From Candidatus Helarchaeota archaeon (GTDB taxonomy: Archaea > Asgardarchaeota > Lokiarchaeia > Helarchaeales > RDOG01): DNA of 16,600 nucleotides. Under the pieces are notes generated by a model, which saw only the letters and a list, made by a program, of their open reading frames with translations, was not told the origin of the DNA and made no database searches. The DNA lies in NCBI GenBank assembly GCA_029838215.1, contig JALGVI010000071.1:1-16600 (forward strand), read 5' to 3'. Below, in pieces: positions 1 through 6,488 of this stretch. A program made the translations under genes and the position numbers. Position 1 is the stretch's first letter. Every line of letters begins with the position of its first letter.

Positions 1-204
1 TTTTTTTTTGTTTTCAAAAAATAGCTGCAGTTCGTCTAAAACTTGAAAATCTGTGAAGTTCTTCTTATCTAAACTTAACAAGTTGCAATTAAAAACCCAT
101 TCTTTTCATCAGCTATAATTATAAGTTTTAAAAGATTTTTATACAATTGTAGCTGGATGTGACCAAAATAACATGGTCATGATGCACGAAAAAACAGGTG
201 AAAG

Positions 205-792
205 ATGATTACGGGTCGCAAGACAATTGCCGTGGATAAAGAACTGGCAGAACGGTTAACGATTTTGGCAAAAAATGAAGGTAAAACAATATACTCGATC
301 ATTAATGAGCTGATTAAATCTGCTTTACACGCATCCGAAACTTTCAACGAATCTTGTACGGAAATCCTAAGTACATATGAAGATTTGATGATTGCCAGAG
401 ACATCGGTTTGAGTCTAATGCCCCAATCTGTCTCGGACATTGCCTATGCCGTGGCGTTTAAGGATGGTTATGGGAAGAACCTCATGTTCGAGTATAGCAA
501 GTGGGGAGAGTGGTTGGGCTCATATTTAAAGACACGATTCCCTGGTAAAGAATTAAAGGCTCTATTTCGGATTTCAAAGGTCATGTTTTGGAAAGATGCA
601 AATTTAGAATTTGAAAAAAATCCCGAGAACGATCCGCAGGAATTGGTAATCAAGATATACGGGTCGGCAGTAAAAAAGGAATACATATCCTGCATTGCCG
701 TTGCATTTGAAAAAATTCTTGAAGCCTTTGAATTTCATTTAACAAATAAAGATATTTTAAAGGGTATTTGCAAGCTCGAATTCAAGAAATGA
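205..792 (+). CDS. Ribbon-helix-helix (CopG-like) DNA-binding protein with an uncharacterised C-terminal alpha/beta domain (possibly V4R-like)
   Basis: The N-terminus RKTIAVDKELAERLTILAKNEGKTIYSIINELI fits the RHH beta-strand/helix/helix pattern. AGGTGA ribosome-binding site at 196-201, just before the ATG. The C-terminal domain assignment is inference only. Confidence 0.6.
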   Translation: MITGRKTIAVDKELAERLTILAKNEGKTIYSIINELIKSALHASETFNESCTEILSTYEDLMIARDIGLSLMPQSVSDIAYAVAFKDGYGKNLMFEYSKWGEWLGSYLKTRFPGKELKALFRISKVMFWKDANLEFEKNPENDPQELVIKIYGSAVKKEYISCIAVAFEKILEAFEFHLTNKDILKGICKLEFKK

Positions 793-869
793 ACGAGTTC
801 ATGATTTAAAAATTATTAAATAGGTGCTTTCTGAGTCACATCTTGAAAAGATTTTTTGGAAGTGGAACC

Positions 870-1166
870 GTGATTTTTATTTCGTTAATCAACATGAATG
901 AAAGCAAGCAAGAAGAAGCTTTCAAGTCGCTAGATGAAATTCAGAAACATCCCCCTGAGGGCGTTAATATCAAAGGGCTTTACTTCTTGTTGGGTGAATA
1001 TGATGCACTCTTAATGTTTGAAGCACCCACTCCTAATGCCGCATTAAAGCTTGCAGCAAAGATGACTTTATTTGGAAGTATTAAAACGTTGACCGCCGTT
1101 CCCTTTTCTGATTCAAAGGACGATTTAGAAGGCATCTATTGGTACAAAAAACTGGACAATATTTAA
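870..1166 (+). CDS. GYD domain-containing protein (small ferredoxin-like fold)
   Basis: The pattern FISLIN...GVNIKGLYFLLGEYDALLMFEAP...AA...GSIKTLTA is typical of GYD-domain proteins (GEYD motif). The ORF track starts at TTG 843; GTG 870, after GGAAGTGGA, fits the family length better. Its stop shares the TTAA at 1163-1166 with the convergent gene. Confidence 0.75.
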   Translation: MIFISLINMNESKQEEAFKSLDEIQKHPPEGVNIKGLYFLLGEYDALLMFEAPTPNAALKLAAKMTLFGSIKTLTAVPFSDSKDDLEGIYWYKKLDNI

Positions 1167-2314
1167 TTCAAAACTTGTTTTATTCGTTGAATTGCTTCTT
1201 TTAATGTTTCAACTGGTACTGTACATGCTATTCGGACGTATCCTTCACCTTCATTGCCAAATGCGTTACCGGGCACGACTGCCACTTTTGCCTTATAAAT
1301 GAGAAATTCTGAGAATTCGGTAGAATTCATGCCCGTTTCTTTTATGTTTGGAAACGCATAAAAAGCACCCTTAGGGCGAAAACAAGATATTCCTTCGAGA
1401 GAATTTAACCCTTCATGAATCACGTCCCTTCGTTTCTTGTATTCCTCACGAAGAGTGTCCTTGAATGACTTGACTTCCTTCAATGCTTTAATGGCTGCGA
1501 TCTGTGAAGCGGAATTTGCACAAGCCGTGTTCATCTGATGAACCACGTTCATTGAATTGATGAGATCTCGAGGGGCAAGGAGGTAACCCACTCGCCAACC
1601 CGTCATGCAATAAGTCTTCGAGAACGAATTAAGCACGATCGTCCTGTCTTGGACATCAAGACCAGCAAGGCAGACGTGTTTTTCATTGGTGTAATTTAAT
1701 ACTTCATATACTTCATCAGAAAGAATGAGTAAATCGTGATCCCGCGCGAGATCTGCCACGGCTTTCAATTTCTCTCGAGACATCACTGCACCTGTTGGGT
1801 TGCTGGGAAAATTCAAGATCAGCATTCTTGTATTTGGAGTGATCTTTTCTTTCAAGACCTCCACGTCAATTTCAAAATCATCTTCTTCCTTTAACGGTAA
1901 TCCAACGGTTTTGGCCCCCGTGATGAGAACCTGTCCCGAATAAGTTAGAAAACCCGGGTCGGGAATGATCACTTCATCACCCGGATCGAGCACGGCTTGA
2001 CAGGCTATGAAAAGACCTTCGACTCCCCCACACGTGACCATTATCTCCGATGATGCGTCATAATCAAGGTTGTATTCGTCCTTATACTTGTCGCTTATTG
2101 CCTGCCGCAATTCAATATAGCCCAAGTTTGGAGAATAAGATGTATAATTATCATCCAGTGCTTTTTTGGCGGCATCTTTGATTTCTTCTGGTGTATTAAA
2201 GTCAGGAGCTCCCAAACCCAGTGAGATCATGCCTTCCATGCTCTGTGCCAGGTCAAAGATACGTCGAATGCCGCTCGGTTTGATCTTTTCCAATTTATCA
2301 GCTCTTACTTTCAT
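1163..2314 (-). CDS. PLP-dependent class I/II aminotransferase (aspartate aminotransferase family)
   Basis: Motifs ISLGLGAPDF, YSPNLGYIELR, NFPSNPTG, SDEVY, NSFSKTYCMTGWRVGY (PLP lysine), GAFYAF, PGNAFG and GYVRI. Lies 15 nt downstream of aspartokinase with a GAGG/GGA ribosome-binding site. Confidence 0.93.
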   Translation of the reverse strand: MKVRADKLEKIKPSGIRRIFDLAQSMEGMISLGLGAPDFNTPEEIKDAAKKALDDNYTSYSPNLGYIELRQAISDKYKDEYNLDYDASSEIMVTCGGVEGLFIACQAVLDPGDEVIIPDPGFLTYSGQVLITGAKTVGLPLKEEDDFEIDVEVLKEKITPNTRMLILNFPSNPTGAVMSREKLKAVADLARDHDLLILSDEVYEVLNYTNEKHVCLAGLDVQDRTIVLNSFSKTYCMTGWRVGYLLAPRDLINSMNVVHQMNTACANSASQIAAIKALKEVKSFKDTLREEYKKRRDVIHEGLNSLEGISCFRPKGAFYAFPNIKETGMNSTEFSEFLIYKAKVAVVPGNAFGNEGEGYVRIACTVPVETLKEAIQRIKQVLN

Positions 2315-2329
2315 TCCGATTCCCTCACT

Positions 2330-3730
2330 CTAACCAATAAATTCTTCATGAATCGCAAGAATGGCTGCTGTCAGGTCCTTTTTTGGAACGAGTATGGAGA
2401 TGTTGATGCCTCCGCTGGCTTGTGATATCGCCAAAATCTGGATGTTAGTCAAAGCCGAAAAAACCCTCCCAAGAATGCCCGGCTGATTGAATCCTTCACC
2501 AATTATTGCTATTAAACCCACGTCCTCCACGGATATCTGAAACCATTTCGAAAAGAACGTATCTTCCTTGAGAAGCCTCATGGCATTCTCGCCGTTTTTT
2601 TTATCAACGACAAAGGTTGTATTGATTTCTGAAGAGGATTGAGAGACAAATGAAACATTTATGTTATTTTTCCCCATCAAGTCAAAGAGCTTGGCAAGAA
2701 CTCCGGGTTGGGATACGGTTGCTGCGGAAATTGCGGAAATCATTGCCACTTCCTTGAAAAAAGTAATCCCCTTGACGCTTAAAGTCGTATCGGGCTTTTC
2801 TTCAACAACCGTGTAACGCGTTTTTGTGAGATCTTCAAAATTTCGGAGTTCTACAACAATACCTTGCTTTTGAATGGGCGTGATGCACTTCGGATTGATG
2901 AGTTTCGCCCCAAAATAAGCAAATTCTTTCGCTTCAGAATAGGAAAGGTGTTCGATTAAACGGGCATTTGGGGCAATGTCAGGATGCGTGGTCAAAACAC
3001 CATCCACGTCCTTCCATAGAATTACCTTGACGAGATTTTCATCGTTTTTAAGACAGTGGGCGAGAATGGTGGCAGTAAAGTCCGTTCCACCACGACCCAA
3101 TGTCGTCACGTGTCCTTCAATATTGCGAGCCAAAAAACCCGTGACGACAGGAATCACGCCATCTTCTATCAAAGGCTTGACTTTCGCATTGATTTTCTGA
3201 CACGTGATGTCAAGAAGCGGAAGCGCATCATTATAAACGCTATCCGTCACCAAAAAATCGGTCGCAGGAACATACTTCACCTTGAACTTGTTCCCCTCTA
3301 AATACTTTGTCAAAAGAAATGTCGAAAGCATCTCTCCCTTCGAAATTATCTGGTCGATCTTGAAGGGTGAAATCTCAAATTCTTTAATATCATCAATCAT
3401 TGCTCGAATTGAGCTGATGTTATCCTCCAAGAAATCCTTGACCGCAATCTGAAATTTTTCTGGAATTACCTTCTCAATGGTTTCTTCGTGCTTGCGAATA
3501 ATTTCCAAGAGATATCCTTCAGGGTCTTCCTGACGACTTGCGGCACGCGCGCTATTCAATAAGAGATCTGTAATGCCCGAAAGAGCGGAAACCACGAAAA
3601 TCAATTGTTGTTCGGGATCTTCGCTCACGTATTTATTGATAACGTTAATTATTTGCGAAAAACTTTCAGGAGATCTAAGACAACTCCCGCCAAATTTCAT
3701 GATTGTCAATCGTTTCAAGAGACTCAACAC
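2330..3730 (-). CDS. lysC: Aspartate kinase with C-terminal ACT domains
   Basis: MKFGGSCL, VVSALSGITD, GEMLS, PVVTGF, TTLGRGGTDFTA, WKDVDGVLTTHP, LSYSEAKEFAYFGAKLINP, then ACT repeats (PGVLAKLFDLMGKNNINV; PGILGRVFSAL). Start could be GTG 3730 or TTG 3727. Confidence 0.93.
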   Translation of the reverse strand: MLSLLKRLTIMKFGGSCLRSPESFSQIINVINKYVSEDPEQQLIFVVSALSGITDLLLNSARAASRQEDPEGYLLEIIRKHEETIEKVIPEKFQIAVKDFLEDNISSIRAMIDDIKEFEISPFKIDQIISKGEMLSTFLLTKYLEGNKFKVKYVPATDFLVTDSVYNDALPLLDITCQKINAKVKPLIEDGVIPVVTGFLARNIEGHVTTLGRGGTDFTATILAHCLKNDENLVKVILWKDVDGVLTTHPDIAPNARLIEHLSYSEAKEFAYFGAKLINPKCITPIQKQGIVVELRNFEDLTKTRYTVVEEKPDTTLSVKGITFFKEVAMISAISAATVSQPGVLAKLFDLMGKNNINVSFVSQSSSEINTTFVVDKKNGENAMRLLKEDTFFSKWFQISVEDVGLIAIIGEGFNQPGILGRVFSALTNIQILAISQASGGINISILVPKKDLTAAILAIHEEFIG

Positions 3731-3795
3731 CGATTCCGTTAAAGCATGAAGCTATAAAATTCTTGAGTTTATGAGTTATATTTTTTTCATAATAT

Positions 3796-3817
3796 TATTT
3801 AAAAACACGTTTAAATA
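3796..3817. promoter_or_regulatory. Perfect 8-6-8 inverted repeat TATTTAAA-aacacg-TTTAAATA: back-to-back TATA boxes for the divergent lysC and PIN genes, and/or a TA operator
   Basis: Seen directly. The right arm TTTAAATA ends 18 nt before the PIN-gene ATG, roughly the archaeal spacing for a leaderless transcript. Confidence 0.5.
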
Positions 3818-3835
3818 CAATGTCGTACAGTACTA

Positions 3836-4330
3836 ATGTTGATGCTGAAGATAGACTCAAGTTCCTTGATATGCATAATAAAATTAAGACTTTTCGATTT
3901 ATTCACGAGATTATACAAAGAAATAATCATTTCACCAACTGTCAAAAAGGAAGTCGTTGATGATGGCTTATCAAGAGGAAAACCTGATGCCATAGTAATC
4001 CACCAACACATTCTTCAGAAAAGAATTCAAATTCATGAGCCTACCAATGTGATTCAAGATTTGAATTTGGGAATTGGTGAAACAGAAATCATTTCTCTTT
4101 CAATAGAAGAAAACTGTCCATGCATGCTAGATGATTCAAAAGCTCAAAGAATCGGAATAAGATTACAGGTAGATCTCAAATCTACACCCATATTTTTATT
4201 GGAGTTATTGAAAAATGGGTATTTGGACTCACAATCCTATGAATTTTACATTGATGAATATGGAAAAATGGTGAATCTATCTCAAAATGGAGTATGGTTT
4301 TATAAACAAGTAGGAAGTTTAATAAAGTGA
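3836..4330 (+). CDS. PIN-domain protein, DUF3368/COG2405 type (putative toxin)
   Basis: PIN acidic residues in KIDSSSLI, VKKEVV, LGIGETEIISL and MLDDSKAQRIG match the DUF3368 consensus (DTSPLI...VYEE...LGxGEAEAIAL...LIDDxxAR). Confidence 0.85.
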   Translation: MLMLKIDSSSLICIIKLRLFDLFTRLYKEIIISPTVKKEVVDDGLSRGKPDAIVIHQHILQKRIQIHEPTNVIQDLNLGIGETEIISLSIEENCPCMLDDSKAQRIGIRLQVDLKSTPIFLLELLKNGYLDSQSYEFYIDEYGKMVNLSQNGVWFYKQVGSLIK

Positions 4331-4665
4331 CTTCACTTTCAATCCGGACAGAAAAGGAAATTATTGAAGAACTTGATCGGCTAGCAAAACTTCAAAATCT
4401 TGATCGGACTTCAATTGTAAAAAAGATATTAAAAAGGGGAATTGAAGAAGAAAAACTCGAGCTTGCAATTGCATTATATCTTAAAGGGCAAACTATTGGA
4501 AGATCAGCTGATATCTCGCAATGTAATTTTTGGGATTTATTGGACGAATTAAAGAAACGAGGAATCATGAAACATTTCGATCTAGATGCTGAAAAAGAAA
4601 TCATTCTCGATACTATAGCCAAAGATGATCAAAACCTCAGAAAAAGGATACTCGAGATGAAATAA
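4327..4665 (+). CDS. UPF0175-family antitoxin with an N-terminal RHH domain
   Basis: TSLSIRTEKEIIEELDRLAK...DRTSIVKKIL (RHH), followed by AIALYLKGQTIGRSADISQCNFWDLLDELKKRGI (UPF0175 HTH). The GTG start overlaps the PIN stop (GTGA), indicating translational coupling. Confidence 0.85.
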   Translation: MTSLSIRTEKEIIEELDRLAKLQNLDRTSIVKKILKRGIEEEKLELAIALYLKGQTIGRSADISQCNFWDLLDELKKRGIMKHFDLDAEKEIILDTIAKDDQNLRKRILEMK

Positions 4666-4705
4666 AATTCTTAAACAATATCACGTCGATAATGGAATGA
4701 TGTCA

Positions 4706-4713
4706 TTTTTTTT
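4706..4713 (+). terminator. Possible archaeal oligo-T terminator after the TA operon
   Basis: T8 run about 40 nt after the antitoxin stop codon. Confidence 0.35.
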
Positions 4714-4749
4714 AGCAGGCTTGATTGAGAAAAATTCGAAGGTTTTGCC

Positions 4750-5643
4750 ATGAAATTTCCATTTAAATTTTCAAAATTGGTATTATATGTCTTATTATTT
4801 CTTGCATTTTATGCAATGGGTGTTTTTTTACCCGACTTGCTATTTGGAAATGCCACGGCTGCTGATGGCTCCGTAAACACCCAAGCACAAGTATTAATGT
4901 TCTTGATTTGGGTTCCGGTTCAGGAGCAACATGTCATATTTCCGCTTTTTATTCACGCAAGCACGTTGTTCGAGTTCTTAATTCCCATTTTAAGCATTCC
5001 TCCATTATTTTATTTCATTCATGGGGAAGTCACGGGAATGCCGACTTACAAGAGCGAACAATCAAGGTATAAGAAGCCATTGGAGTGGATGTTTTGGATT
5101 TTTCTAGGGTTGTTCATGGTCGCTCAGGGAATGAGATATGTAGCCGATGCCATTGACACGATGATAGACGTGAAGCCCATCGACATTAACATTAACATTA
5201 CAAACCCAAATCTAAGCCTTCATCTTGCAAAACTGGCAGCATATTATTTCGACGAGTTTCTCTCACATAAGATTCTTTATTCGGCAATTGTTGGAATAAT
5301 GATCGTGTTAACTTGCTTGCAATACGTATTCGAAAAAGATGAGGATGACCGGCTCGAAAATCAAATCGTGTTGCTCTTACTCGGCGTGATTTTTGGAATC
5401 GCATTCGGTTTTGCCTTGATGGAGGGTCAAGCCGCATTCGAATTTGTAATCGTCACGTTCATTGCAACAATAGGGGTTATTGCATTTAGCTTTTTAAAAT
5501 TTGAAGGGGATTTTAGACGAGTTCCGATGTTCCTGTTCAGTGCAGGAATGTTTGCCGCTACATCATTTACTGTTCTCATCAGCGGTGTGGTATTTGCATT
5601 GACTGGACAAATATCAATGGTGTACCCGTTTTTCCCCCAATAA
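4750..5643 (+). CDS. Polytopic membrane protein (about 7-8 hydrophobic segments), CLN6-like
   Basis: Strongly hydrophobic 297-aa ORF. The ordered motifs VADAID, YYFDEFLSH (aa165-173), EGQ (aa225-227) and FLFS (aa261-264) correspond to VGDSVN, YYYDEYLGH, EGQ and FLFS of human CLN6 as recalled from memory. The CDS is high confidence; the family call is moderate. Confidence 0.7.
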   Translation: MKFPFKFSKLVLYVLLFLAFYAMGVFLPDLLFGNATAADGSVNTQAQVLMFLIWVPVQEQHVIFPLFIHASTLFEFLIPILSIPPLFYFIHGEVTGMPTYKSEQSRYKKPLEWMFWIFLGLFMVAQGMRYVADAIDTMIDVKPIDININITNPNLSLHLAKLAAYYFDEFLSHKILYSAIVGIMIVLTCLQYVFEKDEDDRLENQIVLLLLGVIFGIAFGFALMEGQAAFEFVIVTFIATIGVIAFSFLKFEGDFRRVPMFLFSAGMFAATSFTVLISGVVFALTGQISMVYPFFPQ

Positions 5644-5657
5644 AAAGGAGATTGAAA

Positions 5658-6467
5658 ATGCCATACATGGAACTTTCACACGTGAAGATGTTTTACATTG
5701 ACGAAGGTGATGTTGATGCCCCTGTCATTACCATGATCCATGGATGGACCGAATCGCACAAGTTTTGGGAAGAACAAGTCAATTTTTTTAAGGAAGATTA
5801 TCGAGTGATTGCGCTGGATTTAAAAGGACACGGACGCTCTACGAAGCGGCGACATGGATATCTCATGCGAAATCTATCAAATGACGTGTTTGAACTCTTG
5901 CACAAATTGGATGTAACTCGCACGATCATGTTTGGACATTCTCTTGGGGGCATGGTGACGCTGGACTTCTATTTTCGACGCCCATTGCAAGTCGATGCCA
6001 TCTGTTTGTTTAATACTACCTACAAGCAGTTCTCACTCATCCCGCGAAATTTCACGGAGCTAAGAGGTGCGGGACTTTTCGGCATACGTAAATTCCTACT
6101 ACAATTCTATGATTTCAAGCCCGAAGAAATCGTAAACCTATCTCAACGCAAAAAAGATAATGTCGAAGAATTAATAGAAGAAGCCAGTCGAACACCACCA
6201 TACATTACCGTGCGGTTAGGACTTGCTTCTACGAATTTTAATGTTGAAAGAAAGCTTCCGAGAATTAAAGTCCCTACGTTGCTAGTCTATGGTGAACGCG
6301 ACGCCGTCACACCCGTCCGAATCGGACGAAGCATGCAACGCAAGATTCCAAATTCAACTCTCTATGTCGTGAAAAATTCCGGACACATGGCACCTCTTGA
6401 AAAATCGGAAGAGGTAAATGCCGCCATCGCGGATTTCTTGGAAAAAAATGGATTAAAAAGGCACTAA
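5658..6467 (+). CDS. Alpha/beta-fold hydrolase (esterase/lipase-like)
   Basis: Oxyanion HGW, DLKGHGRS, nucleophile elbow GHSLGG, acid in VYGERDAVTP, catalytic His in SGHMAPLE. GGAG at 5647-5650 favours ATG 5658 over TTG 5652. Confidence 0.92.
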   Translation: MPYMELSHVKMFYIDEGDVDAPVITMIHGWTESHKFWEEQVNFFKEDYRVIALDLKGHGRSTKRRHGYLMRNLSNDVFELLHKLDVTRTIMFGHSLGGMVTLDFYFRRPLQVDAICLFNTTYKQFSLIPRNFTELRGAGLFGIRKFLLQFYDFKPEEIVNLSQRKKDNVEELIEEASRTPPYITVRLGLASTNFNVERKLPRIKVPTLLVYGERDAVTPVRIGRSMQRKIPNSTLYVVKNSGHMAPLEKSEEVNAAIADFLEKNGLKRH

Positions 6468-6488
6468 TTCAACAATTTCTTGCCTATT

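Noticed and set aside
1-20. T9 run and A/T tracts at the window start
   Set aside because: May be the terminator of a gene outside the window or an assembly edge; cannot be assessed from this window.
1163-1166. Convergent genes sharing one TTAA as both stop codons
   Set aside because: Real, but a common result of genome compaction; no sign of function.
3731-4749. Mobile-element boundaries around the TA pair
   Set aside because: No transposase, integrase, terminal inverted repeats or convincing target-site duplication; only loose ACAAT/GTCG similarity on the two sides.
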